A DNA stretch of 64,000 nucleotides from NCBI GenBank assembly GCA_025451045.1, contig JANWLD010000003.1, positions 69,690 to 133,689 of the forward strand, in the 5' to 3' direction. This DNA is from Candidatus Saccharimonadales bacterium. GTDB lineage: Bacteria; Patescibacteriota; Saccharimonadia; Saccharimonadales; 2-12-FULL-41-12. Positions within the stretch are counted from its first letter, which is position 1, and every line of letters starts with the position of its first letter. Of the stretch, positions 36,197-46,338 are shown one piece after another. Below the pieces are notes generated by a model, which saw nothing but the letters and a program-made list of their open reading frames with translations, was not told the origin of the DNA and searched no databases. The translations under genes were made by a program, and so were the position numbers.

Positions 36197-37420
36197 ATGG
36201 CGAATCCGGAAGTTTTGGTGCCTAACAATATAGATTACGACTTTGGCAGAGGCAATGTCATGCAAGTCGGACGTATATTTCTGGGAGAAAATGGTGCATT
36301 TGCGGCTGAGCCTATGAAGGTAGACATATCCGTTGAACGATACGACGAATTGGGCATGGGCATACCGCAGTATGGCTCAGCGGAATTCGTAGGACAGTAT
36401 AAACAAAAATTAGTTGAGATCCGTGACAATCTGGAAATAATAGAGGATCCACAAACCGGCGATACTTTTGAAATCACCATCGTCAATAAAGATATTTTAG
36501 AAGACGGTGTGGGAGCGGTTGTGCAGATTTCTACGTCTAACTCAACGATTCCGGATAACCCCGGCAATGCTATTGAACTGGCGCAAAACGCCGTAATCAA
36601 TCCGAACAGAGCAATTATTTATGTCGCCAGTCCCGGCAACGGCGGTTCAATCAGCTTGACTGACGAAGAATTATTGCATGCCAAGCAAGACGGTTTATTG
36701 GTCCAGAGAAGCAGTTGGCAGGGCCTAGATTCTCCTCCTCCAGCAGAATTATACGAAGCATTTCCAACGATACAGGCTTTGGCGAGGGCGTTGGGAACAC
36801 TAGATGACAGAGTAACGCACTTGTCTTCCGATGCCAGCGGCGCGCATTATTCTTCGGCGCTTATGACGGCTTTGCCCGAAGGTCAATTGGAAGCGGCATT
36901 TTTATATAACCCGACAAATATATCTAGTCTCTCAGCATTGGGCTATAAGTTCAGGATGCTGAAGGAAATAGCCACCCAAGGACGCTACGGCGATGCGGCC
37001 GAACGTATGGCAGTAACTTCGGAAAGAATTGATGAAGCAAGACAGATAATGGGCAAAGATTTTGGCGCTAAAGCAACGCAATTGCGCTCAGGTACATTTC
37101 GATTGTCAAAAATGATGAATGAAGCGCAGATTTACCGCGGCGGCTGGGCCGGAGAACCCGGAAAAGCCGCAAAGACACACCTGACAATTGGCTTAAGCCG
37201 TCAGCCCGATGCGAAAGTTACTTACGCCTTTCCGGAGTTCAGCGCCAATTATAAAAGACCCAATGATATAGCTGAATTTATGAGAAGCGCATTGGATATC
37301 GGTGGTTTCTCATTAGATGCTGCCGGAGTCGAGGGCTACAAGTTGCCGGTAGGCCAGTATTGGCACAGCCATCATCCGTTTGCCCGTCTGGCCTTGCAAG
37401 ACGAAGCTTTCAACAGATAG
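36197..37420 (+). CDS. Hypothetical protein
   Basis: 407-aa ORF with no convincing motif. Confidence 0.65.
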   Translation: MANPEVLVPNNIDYDFGRGNVMQVGRIFLGENGAFAAEPMKVDISVERYDELGMGIPQYGSAEFVGQYKQKLVEIRDNLEIIEDPQTGDTFEITIVNKDILEDGVGAVVQISTSNSTIPDNPGNAIELAQNAVINPNRAIIYVASPGNGGSISLTDEELLHAKQDGLLVQRSSWQGLDSPPPAELYEAFPTIQALARALGTLDDRVTHLSSDASGAHYSSALMTALPEGQLEAAFLYNPTNISSLSALGYKFRMLKEIATQGRYGDAAERMAVTSERIDEARQIMGKDFGAKATQLRSGTFRLSKMMNEAQIYRGGWAGEPGKAAKTHLTIGLSRQPDAKVTYAFPEFSANYKRPNDIAEFMRSALDIGGFSLDAAGVEGYKLPVGQYWHSHHPFARLALQDEAFNR

Positions 37421-37456
37421 ATTTACGTTAGCCTTTAAGCTATAATCAAGCCCAAG

Positions 37457-38758
37457 ATGAGTGAAGTGAAGTTGGAAGATATTGTTTCTCTGTGCAAGCG
37501 CAGGGGTTTCATCTACCAGGGTTCCGAAGTTTACGGCGGCCTGGCCGGCACGTGGGATTACGGCCCGCTGGGCGTGGAGCTGAAGCGTAACATAATCCAC
37601 CTATGGTGGAAGACATTCGTGCAAGACCGCGATGACATGTACGGTGTAGACGCGGCGATTTTGATGAACCAGAAAGTCTGGCAAGCAAGTGGCCACGCGA
37701 CAGGCTTTAATGACCCAATGGTCGAATGCAAAAATTGTAAAGCAAGACTTCGCCAAGACCATGTTGAAAAAGACAAATGCCCGGTCTGCGGTACGGTCGG
37801 CAAATTCAGTGAGCCGCGCCAATTTAATATGATGTTCAAGACTAATGTCGGTCCGGTTGAGGATGATAGTTCTCTAAGTTATCTACGGCCGGAAACAGCA
37901 CAGGGGATTTTTACCAATTACAAGAATGTGTTAGATAGTTTTTATCCGGATTTGCCATTTGGTATGGCACAGATTGGTAAGGCTTTTAGAAATGAAATAA
38001 GCCCGCGGGATTTTGTATTCCGCAGCCGCGAATTCGGCCAAATGGAGATAGAATATTTCATTAATCCGGATGATTGGAAGCCGGAATTTGAAAAATGGGT
38101 TAAAGAAATCCACGAGTTCTTGGACAAACTCGGTTTGCCGAAAAATATGGTCCATGAGCTGGAAGTGCCGGAAGCCGATAGGGCGCATTATTCCGAACGG
38201 ACGATTGATTTTGAGTTTGATTATCCGCATAAACGCGACGAATTGCTCGGTCTGGCGTACCGCACCGATTTTGATTTAGGCAACATCGCAAAAGCTACCG
38301 GCAAGAATATGGAATACCGGCCAAAAGATGGTTCCAAGCCGTTTGTGCCGCATGTGATAGAGCCGAGTTTCGGCATAGAACGTGCTGTTATGGCCGTTTT
38401 GGTCAGCGCCTACAAGGAAGACGAAGTAGAAGGTGAGAAGCGCAGTTATTTGGCATTGCCGGAGCATCTGGCCCCCGTTAAAGTTGCTGTTAGTCCGCTA
38501 CTAAAGAACAAACCGGAGCTGGTTAAAAAAGCCCATGAAGTTTACAAAACGCTGAAAAAAGAATTCGGTAACGTGATGTATGACGACAACGGTAATATAG
38601 GCAAGAGGTACCGTCGCCAGGACGAAATCGGCACGCCACATTGCGTAACCATCGACTTCGACACACTAGAAGACGGCACAGTAACTCTACGAAACCGCGA
38701 CACCACCAAGCAAAACAGAATCAAAATAGCAGATTTAATTTCAGCAATAACTAATTAG
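37457..38758 (+). CDS. glyQS: Glycine--tRNA ligase (homodimeric class II type)
   Basis: RRGFIYQGSEVYGGLAGTWDYGPLG, a zinc-ribbon-like insertion CKNCKARLRQD..CPVCG, class II motifs, and a C-terminal anticodon-binding domain. Confidence 0.95.
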   Translation: MSEVKLEDIVSLCKRRGFIYQGSEVYGGLAGTWDYGPLGVELKRNIIHLWWKTFVQDRDDMYGVDAAILMNQKVWQASGHATGFNDPMVECKNCKARLRQDHVEKDKCPVCGTVGKFSEPRQFNMMFKTNVGPVEDDSSLSYLRPETAQGIFTNYKNVLDSFYPDLPFGMAQIGKAFRNEISPRDFVFRSREFGQMEIEYFINPDDWKPEFEKWVKEIHEFLDKLGLPKNMVHELEVPEADRAHYSERTIDFEFDYPHKRDELLGLAYRTDFDLGNIAKATGKNMEYRPKDGSKPFVPHVIEPSFGIERAVMAVLVSAYKEDEVEGEKRSYLALPEHLAPVKVAVSPLLKNKPELVKKAHEVYKTLKKEFGNVMYDDNGNIGKRYRRQDEIGTPHCVTIDFDTLEDGTVTLRNRDTTKQNRIKIADLISAITN

Positions 38759-39035
38759 CTGTAGCTTGTTGGGACGAGGGATCGGCTTCTAGTTCAACTT
38801 CGACTATTGGCTGAACTACGCGGGGAGCGATATCTTTTACGCCCTTTTTCCTTCGTGATTCAAGCCTGGTTTGTTGTCTATAATATCGACGATCTCTTGT
38901 CTTTATTTTGTCTGGGGCTCGCTGGGGAGTTTCATCAGGAAAAGCTTCTTCAGCCCAGTCTTGCCAATCACCATATGGATTATTGTTACCTGGATCACTT
39001 TCCTTAGACTGGCCAGAAAATTTTGATTGTGTCAC
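38751..39035 (-). CDS. Hypothetical small charged protein
   Basis: 94-aa ORF with no motifs. Confidence 0.4.
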   Translation of the reverse strand: MTQSKFSGQSKESDPGNNNPYGDWQDWAEEAFPDETPQRAPDKIKTRDRRYYRQQTRLESRRKKGVKDIAPRVVQPIVEVELEADPSSQQATAN

Positions 39036-39145
39036 TGAAAAATGATAATAGAATTGCTATTATTTTGGCAAGCATGAGGATTTATTAAAATAATAAAGTT
39101 GCTATGATTGAAGCACGGTAAGACGGGTGGAGAAAGTGAGCTATT

Positions 39146-39643
39146 TTGCCAGACTCAGGTTATTCGCCGGAAATGGATAAATTAGCAGTTGATGCTTGGC
39201 ACAGCTTCAACTCCTTGAATAGTGGCTTTTTTACCTTGTCGCATTTTGAAAGAGGGAGCGTAGTCAAGGTTGATTTGGCTGGCGAACAGTCTGATGGCGT
39301 AATCTTGTCGGTGGATTCAGGTTTGAGTGGAATCCTTACGGAGCCACGTCATAATGTAATTCAACTTAAACATACCAATTGCCCGAATCTGGAGAATTTA
39401 CACGGCCGGGAAATTGGGCTGGGCGCAAGCGGTCTCCTGCCAACGCCTATTGGCGAAGTAGGCATATCTTTACGCGCTATAAGGAAAGGTTTTGAAGCGG
39501 TTTATTATTTGCCAGAACAAGTCGGCGGCAAATATGACTGTCCAAGAGAAGATCAGTATCATCATTTAATGGCCAATTATGGCCGTATAAGCATCAACGG
39601 CACTGTGTTGTTCGACCAAAAAGACAACTCTTTCCTTTTCTGA
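39146..39643 (+). CDS. Hypothetical protein
   Basis: 165-aa ORF with no motifs. Confidence 0.5.
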   Translation: MPDSGYSPEMDKLAVDAWHSFNSLNSGFFTLSHFERGSVVKVDLAGEQSDGVILSVDSGLSGILTEPRHNVIQLKHTNCPNLENLHGREIGLGASGLLPTPIGEVGISLRAIRKGFEAVYYLPEQVGGKYDCPREDQYHHLMANYGRISINGTVLFDQKDNSFLF

Positions 39644-39673
39644 ATTGGATGTCCAAAATGCTATGATTTAGTT

Positions 39674-40615
39674 ATGGAGAAGTTTAAGAAAGCTTTGGTT
39701 GTGGGTATAGATGAGGAGTCGCTAGACCAAGAATATTGGAGGCAAATAGATGGGCTAGTTGAGACAATTGTCAAAGTTCCGAAAGACGACCCGAGTATTC
39801 AAACCGAAATAGTTGATGTGGATTGTCTGCTTTTAGGCTTTCAGATTGATATTAACCGCGAACTTATAGAATCTGCCAAGGAACTGAAGTATATCGGGGT
39901 CATGGCAACGGCTTACGGCACAGTTGATACAGAAGCAGCGGCAGAAAAAGATATACCAGTTTGTAATTTGGCCGGATACAGCAGTGAGTCAGTGGCAGAG
40001 TTTACAATTGCGGTGATTCTTTCCAAAGTTCGCAAACTGGAAGAGGGTAGAAATATGGCGGCTAAAGGTGAATATTGGGATGCCAGCTTTTCGACAAAAG
40101 GATTAAAAGGTAATAATTTCGGAGTAGTCGGACTCGGCAGTATAGGCAACCGGGTTGCTGAATTGGCAGAGAGCTTCGGAGCAAATGTGTCTTATTGGTC
40201 GCGAAATGAAAAACAGACTGATTTTAAGAAAGTTGAGCTGGATGAACTATTATCAACTTCTGATTATATTTCACTAAACGTTGCGCAAACGGATGAAACG
40301 AACGGCTTGATTAATGCCGATAATCTTAAGTTAGTAAAGCAGGGTGCAATAATGGTGAGTACGGTTCCGCCGGAAGTCGTAGATACCGATGCTCTGGCAG
40401 AAAAATTAAAAACTGACAAAGATTTCATCTATATTACAGACCATCCGGATGAAATGGCAGAAGAAGATTTAGTAAAAATCAAAGACTTGCCGAACTGCAT
40501 TATATATCCGGCCATAGCCTACACAACGGAAGAGGCAAAGCAGGTTAAGCAGGATATGTTCGTCGGTAATATCAAGGCTGCTTTAGCCGGCAGGCCCAAA
40601 AACAAAGTTAATTGA
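39674..40615 (+). CDS. D-isomer-specific 2-hydroxyacid dehydrogenase family, NAD-binding
   Basis: Rossmann motif GVVGLGSIGNRVAELAESFGANV and family-typical layout. Confidence 0.85.
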   Translation: MEKFKKALVVGIDEESLDQEYWRQIDGLVETIVKVPKDDPSIQTEIVDVDCLLLGFQIDINRELIESAKELKYIGVMATAYGTVDTEAAAEKDIPVCNLAGYSSESVAEFTIAVILSKVRKLEEGRNMAAKGEYWDASFSTKGLKGNNFGVVGLGSIGNRVAELAESFGANVSYWSRNEKQTDFKKVELDELLSTSDYISLNVAQTDETNGLINADNLKLVKQGAIMVSTVPPEVVDTDALAEKLKTDKDFIYITDHPDEMAEEDLVKIKDLPNCIIYPAIAYTTEEAKQVKQDMFVGNIKAALAGRPKNKVN

Positions 40616-40725
40616 TGAAAATAGTTGATTTGTCGGTTGCGGTTAATGAGGATACCCCGGCTTATCCGGGCGACCCGAAAATTAAGGCGTTCTTTGATCT
40701 TGTTCCTGGGCTATATCGTGGATAG
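40615..40725 (+). pseudogene. Orphan 5' fragment of a cyclase / kynurenine-formamidase-family gene
   Basis: The ATG overlaps the upstream TGA. MKIVDLSVAVNEDTPAYPGDPKI matches the family N-terminus (MKIIDLSHPI...P.YPGDP). Similarity is lost after about residue 23 and a stop follows at codon 37. The His-rich catalytic core is absent. Confidence 0.5.
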
Positions 40726-41020
40726 CATCGAGATGTAAATCCTGCATAGCATCATCTAGTTCGGTAGGTTCAGGCTCCGGTTCCATCGCTGCTTCTTCCG
40801 GGGAAGGCAACTCACGAGATGGAGGAGGTTTACGCTTAGAGTCTTTAGCTTGCTTGTCCCATCTTTTATTAAGTTTGGCATTGGTTGTTCTATCTCTTTT
40901 CATCCTTATGTTGGGTGCCAAGGGCTGTTCAGGGTCTTCATCTTCCATCCAGCCCCACTCTTTCTCGTAAGGTGAATCCAGTTCGGGACCTAGGTCTATA
41001 GAAAAACGTTTGTTTGACAT
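40682..41020 (-). CDS. Hypothetical charged protein
   Basis: 112-aa ORF with no motifs. Confidence 0.45.
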   Translation of the reverse strand: MSNKRFSIDLGPELDSPYEKEWGWMEDEDPEQPLAPNIRMKRDRTTNAKLNKRWDKQAKDSKRKPPPSRELPSPEEAAMEPEPEPTELDDAMQDLHLDAIHDIAQEQDQRTP

Positions 41021-41130
41021 ATTTTTTATTATATCATTTTTAACATTATTTGTAAATATTAGAAGTTCGTATGATAGCTTTAATCTACCAGATTCTTTTG
41101 TCCATTAAAATGTTATGATTTAGTTAAGGT

Positions 41131-41652
41131 CTACTTTGATTCGGAAGCTGGAAAGGTTTGCAGGTTGAATTTGATTGGCTTAGTTTGGGCAGGATTGAAA
41201 GTAATGACAGATAGTTCTTGTTTTGTTCCTAGCCATTGTTCATCCACGGAGTGCTCGTCTACGAGTTCCGTAATTATGCGACCGAACACATATTCGCGGT
41301 CGGTTAAGACGTCCGTATCGTGTATTCTTTCTGTTTCCGTATTGCCACCGGCTAAAGTCGTACCGCTGAGCCAGGCTTTCAGCTCCAAACTATCCCTTTC
41401 GATTTCTTTAAGCTGGTCAATCATGTCGTCAAAGCTTGCTCGGTCGCCATTGTGGCGCGAATGAGGCGAAGAGAAGTGGCCTAGATAACCTCTTCTCAAG
41501 CGCGGATTAACTACGGCAATAACTAGGCAGGAAGACACGCCAAGAGTGCCGAGCAGGCCGTCGGTTTTGGTGGCTTTCCATTCGCCTTGGGCTACTTCGG
41601 CAAAACCGTTAGGCAGTTCCGGCCGCCCTTCAACTAAACTCAAATCGCTCAT
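41131..41652 (-). CDS. Hypothetical protein (weak CheD-like resemblance)
   Basis: I trimmed the ORF to the Met of MSDLSLVEG. GVSSCLVIAVVNPRLRRGYLGHF is reminiscent of the CheD deamidase Cys region, but the similarity is weak. Confidence 0.5.
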   Translation of the reverse strand: MSDLSLVEGRPELPNGFAEVAQGEWKATKTDGLLGTLGVSSCLVIAVVNPRLRRGYLGHFSSPHSRHNGDRASFDDMIDQLKEIERDSLELKAWLSGTTLAGGNTETERIHDTDVLTDREYVFGRIITELVDEHSVDEQWLGTKQELSVITFNPAQTKPIKFNLQTFPASESK

Positions 41653-41734
41653 TTTTATATTATAAAATACTTCAAACTTTTGGTAAAGATAAAAATAGAC
41701 AAACATATCGTAATATTGTATAATCTAAGAAGTT

Positions 41735-42529
41735 ATGAGTGCTCCAGTACCAGTTGAAGCCCTTGAGATTCTTCCAAACAGACTAAGCGTGGCTGAATTC
41801 AGTCCGCCGGAAGTGCATGCTATTGTTGGCGATGATCCGAAATTGCATAATTTCCGGACCGAAAGCTTCAATTGGATCGCATCCTATCTAGTTGAAGAGG
41901 CTGGGCTGTTTGAAAGTAACGTTGTGGATTGGTTTACTAACAGTGTGCCGGGCGATGGCGAGACACGGCCGATAGACCTTTGGGAAAACGAAGACGGACT
42001 GGAAGAGGTTTTTGAGCTGGCGCAGAAATTTAAACAAGAAAATGATGAATATCTTGCTGAAGACGACAAAAAATACGGTGTGAAAATCAAGCCGAGATCG
42101 CATGATGTCGCAAGCTATGCGCTAGGCATACTATATAAAAGTTTTAGCATAGCAGGAGCTGGCATTACTTACGATTGGCTGAACCCGGAAGATACTCAGA
42201 TGCGTGCGATATTTAATCCTGACAATGACACAGGACCGGTTGTTCGCTGGAAAAGCAACAGTGTTCTTGAAGATTTTAGAATAACCATCAATCAAGGCGA
42301 CAGGACGGGGATGTATTATGTAGTCCAACATGTAAGACCGAATGAAAAACCGCTTCATTTGCAATCCGGAGTAGTTGAACATTTCAAGGGAGAACCTTTT
42401 GGCGATTCGACAACTGATTCGGATTTGGACGGCCGTCCGCCTAGCGCTAATGACGTAGCGCCTTTTGTAATAGCTGTAGCAAACGAAACCCTCAATCATT
42501 CTTTGAAGCCTATGGCCGCGGCTGCCTAA
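41735..42529 (+). CDS. Hypothetical protein
   Basis: 264-aa ORF with no motifs. Confidence 0.6.
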   Translation: MSAPVPVEALEILPNRLSVAEFSPPEVHAIVGDDPKLHNFRTESFNWIASYLVEEAGLFESNVVDWFTNSVPGDGETRPIDLWENEDGLEEVFELAQKFKQENDEYLAEDDKKYGVKIKPRSHDVASYALGILYKSFSIAGAGITYDWLNPEDTQMRAIFNPDNDTGPVVRWKSNSVLEDFRITINQGDRTGMYYVVQHVRPNEKPLHLQSGVVEHFKGEPFGDSTTDSDLDGRPPSANDVAPFVIAVANETLNHSLKPMAAAA

Positions 42530-42677
42530 ATCTCTGATATGATTGTCGGCGGGATAATATTATTGAACATAGTTTGATGGGTAGGCGTATACTTAAGACA
42601 GAACAAAAATATCAAATTATTAATTAAACAAGCTCGCCGAAAATTTTTGATAAATTTAAGCGGGCAAGGAGGGGAAA

Positions 42678-43052
42678 ATGTTAAGCGATTTTAACATTGC
42701 GCCGACGGTGGCGGTAAAAAACATAGAAGAGGCAAAAAAATTTTATGAAGGTAAGCTCGGCCTGAGCGGGGAATCCGATCCGGGCGGAATCAGGTACAAA
42801 TGCGGCAGTACATACTTGTATGTGTATGAGTCGCAATACGCGGGTAGCAATAAGGCTACTTATGCGGGTTGGAATACCCCGGACTTGTCTGCGGTAGTCG
42901 AGGAGTTAAAATCGAAAGGCGTAACGTTTGAAAAATACGATATGCCGAACGTTACCTATGAAGGCGACATACACGTCCTGGAAGGTGCATACAGGGCCGT
43001 ATGGTTCAAAGACCCGGATGGCAATATATTTGCCATTGACGAGCGTGAATAA
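42678..43052 (+). CDS. VOC / glyoxalase-bleomycin-resistance family protein
   Basis: 124 aa with AKKFYEGKLGL at the N-terminus and FKDPDGNIFAIDE at the C-terminus. Confidence 0.8.
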   Translation: MLSDFNIAPTVAVKNIEEAKKFYEGKLGLSGESDPGGIRYKCGSTYLYVYESQYAGSNKATYAGWNTPDLSAVVEELKSKGVTFEKYDMPNVTYEGDIHVLEGAYRAVWFKDPDGNIFAIDERE

Positions 43053-43074
43053 TCCAGTAGAATTACTGGAGCTT

Positions 43075-43476
43075 ATGACAATAAAAGGGATAGTTATACC
43101 CAATAAACGCAATGGAACAAAATTTGGCTATCCGACGGCGAATATTACTTTCGGCGATCGGACCACCGACGGGCTATTTGTCGGCTATACTTCGCTTTTG
43201 ACCACTGATAATGTGAAAGTTGCGGCGGCATTTATCAACCGTAAACTGCCGTCGATAATTTTTATCGGGGCGGCCGAAACTTTGAATGAGACCGAGCATA
43301 GGCTGGAGTCGCATATATTGGATTTTCCGTTGATTGATTTGTATGGCAGTGAAATAGAAGTTGAGGTGCTGGAAAGACTGCGTGACAACGTGAAATTTGA
43401 AAGCGTCGAAAAGCTGATAGAACAAATGAAACTCGATGAACAGAACACCCGCGCTTGGTTCAGCCAAAAGGACTGA
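43075..43476 (+). CDS. Riboflavin kinase (stand-alone RibF C-terminal-type domain)
   Basis: GIVIPNKRNGTKFGYPTANI...ESHILDFPLIDLYGSEIEVEVLERLRDNVKFESVEKLIEQMKLD. I trimmed the track ORF (42928) to ATG 43075 to remove its overlap with the VOC gene. Confidence 0.75.
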   Translation: MTIKGIVIPNKRNGTKFGYPTANITFGDRTTDGLFVGYTSLLTTDNVKVAAAFINRKLPSIIFIGAAETLNETEHRLESHILDFPLIDLYGSEIEVEVLERLRDNVKFESVEKLIEQMKLDEQNTRAWFSQKD

Positions 43477-43477
43477 C

Positions 43478-44446
43478 TTAAGAGCTGGCGATTTGGTCAA
43501 GCAGGGCCATGCGGATATAAAGTCCGTTGCCGGCCTGCTCGAAATACTTGGCGCGCGGGTCTTTGTCTACTTCAGGGTCAATCTCGTCTACGCGGGGGAG
43601 AGGATGTAGGATTATGGCTTCTTTAGGTAATTTTGAAATATTATCTGCTGTCAGCGTAAATCCGCCGCTGTCTATCGAACCCGGGTTTTCCAGACGTTCT
43701 TTTTGCAAGCGGGTCCAGTAAACTACGTCAGTATCAGCAAAAACTTTGTTTACATCATCGGTTTCATCATAGGTTGTGCCGGATTTTTGTAGCAGTTGTT
43801 TTATATCGTCAGCCATTTGTAGTTCAGGGGTGGAGACAAAACTGACGTGGTTGCCGGGATATAAGGCAAGCAGGCGGCAAAGCGAACGGATAGTACGGCC
43901 ATACTTGAGATCACCGCCGGCTACAACTTTGAGATTATCCAAGCGGCCGAAGTGTTTTTTGATGGTGTAGGCGTCTAGTAACGCCTGGGTTGGATGTTCG
44001 CCGGTGCCATCGCCGGCATTGATGATAGGCACCTTGCTGACAGAAGCGGCTTTCCCGGCGGCGCCGGTTTCAGTATGCCGGATAATTATCGCGCTTAGCC
44101 CGTAATTGTTAAGGACGTTTATAGTGTCTTCCAGCGTTTCGCCTTTGGCGGCAGAGGAAAACCCGGCGGCGTTTTCGGTGGAAACAACGCCCATACCGAG
44201 TTTCAAGCCGGCGGTTTCAAAACTCAAGCGCGTCCGGGTGGAAGGCTCATAAAACAGCGTACAAATCTGTTTGTCAAAGTGTTTCTGGGCCAGTTCCTTA
44301 GCGGCTTTTTTGTCTTTTAGTCTCCGTTCAATCGATTCAGCAAGGGAAAATATTTTTTCCAGTTGTTTTATATCAAATTGGTCAACCGACAAAACATCCA
44401 TGTTCGATACACCATTCTGAGCCATAAGGATAATAAAATCAAGCAT
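43478..44446 (-). CDS. pyrB: Aspartate carbamoyltransferase catalytic subunit
   Basis: FYEPSTRTRLSFE, HPTQALLD and HPLPRVDEI. The start is probably an internal Met (MDVLSVDQF). Confidence 0.9.
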   Translation of the reverse strand: MLDFIILMAQNGVSNMDVLSVDQFDIKQLEKIFSLAESIERRLKDKKAAKELAQKHFDKQICTLFYEPSTRTRLSFETAGLKLGMGVVSTENAAGFSSAAKGETLEDTINVLNNYGLSAIIIRHTETGAAGKAASVSKVPIINAGDGTGEHPTQALLDAYTIKKHFGRLDNLKVVAGGDLKYGRTIRSLCRLLALYPGNHVSFVSTPELQMADDIKQLLQKSGTTYDETDDVNKVFADTDVVYWTRLQKERLENPGSIDSGGFTLTADNISKLPKEAIILHPLPRVDEIDPEVDKDPRAKYFEQAGNGLYIRMALLDQIASS

Positions 44447-44465
44447 AACTGCTGTTATACTAGTT

Positions 44466-45761
44466 TTGATAATGAAAGAAGAAAAAAACGCCGAAATCTT
44501 TCCAAAACACTTTTTCTGGGGCGCCAGTATATCGGCCCATCAGGTCGAAGGCGACAATCACAACCAATGGACGGTCTGGGAGCTGGAGAACGCCTCAAGG
44601 CTGGCCCAAACCGCCCATATCCGCCTGAGCTGGCTGCCGACCTGGGCGAAGTTCAAAGATCAGGCCGAAGAGCCGTCGAACTACGTATCGGGGGAGGGTG
44701 TAGACCACTACCGCAGATATAAAGAGGATTTTGACCTGATTAAGAAGCTGAACCTGAATTCTTTGCGGTTTACGATTGAATGGTCGCGGATTGAGCCGGA
44801 AGAGGGCAAATGGGATGAAGAAGCGATAGAATACTACAAAAATTACGTTCGCGAGCTGAGAAAGCGTAAAATAGAGCCGTTTTTAAACATCTGGCATTGG
44901 ACGCTTCCGGTATGGTTTGCCGAACTTGGAGGGTTTGAGAAAAAAGCCAATCTAAAACATTTCGACCGCTTTATCGAGAAAATCTGTAAAGCCGGACTGC
45001 TGGATGACATCGAATACGTGCTGACCATCAACGAACCAAGCAATTACGCCACTTTTTGCTATCTGTTAGGGGAGTGGCCGCCGCAAGATAAAAATATCTG
45101 GAAGTTTACCAAAGTTTACTGGTACATGACTAAAGTGCACAAGCGGAGCTATAAGATAATCAAAGCGCATAAGCCGTCGATACAGGTGGGGCTGGCGATG
45201 ATTTTAGCCAACATTCAGGCCAAGCATCCTCATAACATACTGGATGAAACTTCGACCAAAATTATGCGCTATGTCTGGAACTGGTGGTTTTTGCGGCGGG
45301 TAAAGCGCCAGGTTGATTTTATAGGGGTGAATTATTATTTCAGCGACTATTACACCGGACTGGGGCGGCGGGATAACCCGAAAGTACCACTAAATGACCT
45401 CGGCTGGTATGCAGAGCCGGAGGGGCTTTATCCGATTTTGCTGCGTAGTTGGGCAAAGTTTAAAAAACCGTTGTTTGTTTCCGAAAGCGGTATTGCCGAC
45501 AGTGATGACGGGTTAAGGCATTGGTGGATACAGGAGAATATAGTCGCTATGGAGCGGGCGCTCAGCGAAGGCGTGGATTTGCGCGGTTACTTCCATTGGA
45601 GCCTGCTGGATAATTTTGAATGGGCCTATGGATGGTGGCCGCAGTTCGGACTGATACATGTTGATAGAAAAAACGACATGAAGCGTATAATCCGGCCCAG
45701 TGCCTGGTGGTTCGCGCTGTGGATATCCAAGCTTAAAAAAGCCCAGGGCGAACAAGAATGA
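44466..45761 (+). CDS. Glycoside hydrolase family 1 (beta-glucosidase-like)
   Basis: FFWGASISAHQVEG, acid/base TINEP, and a nucleophile region VSESGIA in place of the usual ITENG. Confidence 0.85.
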   Translation: MIMKEEKNAEIFPKHFFWGASISAHQVEGDNHNQWTVWELENASRLAQTAHIRLSWLPTWAKFKDQAEEPSNYVSGEGVDHYRRYKEDFDLIKKLNLNSLRFTIEWSRIEPEEGKWDEEAIEYYKNYVRELRKRKIEPFLNIWHWTLPVWFAELGGFEKKANLKHFDRFIEKICKAGLLDDIEYVLTINEPSNYATFCYLLGEWPPQDKNIWKFTKVYWYMTKVHKRSYKIIKAHKPSIQVGLAMILANIQAKHPHNILDETSTKIMRYVWNWWFLRRVKRQVDFIGVNYYFSDYYTGLGRRDNPKVPLNDLGWYAEPEGLYPILLRSWAKFKKPLFVSESGIADSDDGLRHWWIQENIVAMERALSEGVDLRGYFHWSLLDNFEWAYGWWPQFGLIHVDRKNDMKRIIRPSAWWFALWISKLKKAQGEQE

Positions 45762-45807
45762 TAAAAAATGTGTTCAGTAATTTAAAATAGCGTCATAAGG
45801 AGTAAAT

Positions 45808-46338
45808 ATGGACAGTATAACCGACAAATTACCGGAGCGCTTAGAGGAAGAAGGGCTGAAAGTTATAGTCGCTCAGGCACGCGACGTACCTGAAAAATAT
45901 ATCAAACAGGTTATCGAAAAATCCCGCCAGCCGCATGTGATGCAGTTTGAAGGGCATGAGGATGCCGGCGGGCGGTTCAAGGATTTGCCAGCCTATCAAA
46001 AATGGGCTGAGAAAGACCGATTAGTTTATCTGTTAATGAACAACGAAGATGTTGGCGGCATAATCTGGTTTGGCAGACGCCTAAACGAGCATATTGACCC
46101 CAAATATCAACTGACTTTCGGTATCCGGCTTTATGAAGGCTGCGTTGGCAAAGGGCTGGCAGTGCCGTTTATGAGGGTGACTCATGATGATTTGAAACGG
46201 TTTTATCCCGGAGAATCCATCTGGCTTGATTTTGCCGAAGATAATATAGCGGCCCGCAAAGCATACGAAAAGTTCGGCTATATACATCTGACAGAAGCCG
46301 AAGGGCGGGCAGTTATGGGTTATCATATAGGCAAATGA
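45808..46338 (+). CDS. GNAT-family acetyltransferase
   Basis: GCVGKGLAVPF...NIAARKAYEKFGY. Confidence 0.6.
   Translation: MDSITDKLPERLEEEGLKVIVAQARDVPEKYIKQVIEKSRQPHVMQFEGHEDAGGRFKDLPAYQKWAEKDRLVYLLMNNEDVGGIIWFGRRLNEHIDPKYQLTFGIRLYEGCVGKGLAVPFMRVTHDDLKRFYPGESIWLDFAEDNIAARKAYEKFGYIHLTEAEGRAVMGYHIGK

Noticed and set aside
42928-43074. N-terminal 49 codons of the track ORF for the riboflavin kinase gene, which overlap the VOC gene.
   Set aside because: They overlap the conserved C-terminus of the VOC protein in another frame. The kinase-like sequence starts at ATG 43075.
44363-44722. 119-aa + strand ORF bridging the pyrB start and the GH1 gene.
   Set aside because: It is out of frame with the well-supported GH1 ORF (44466..45761), is Arg/Gly-rich, and overlaps two real genes.
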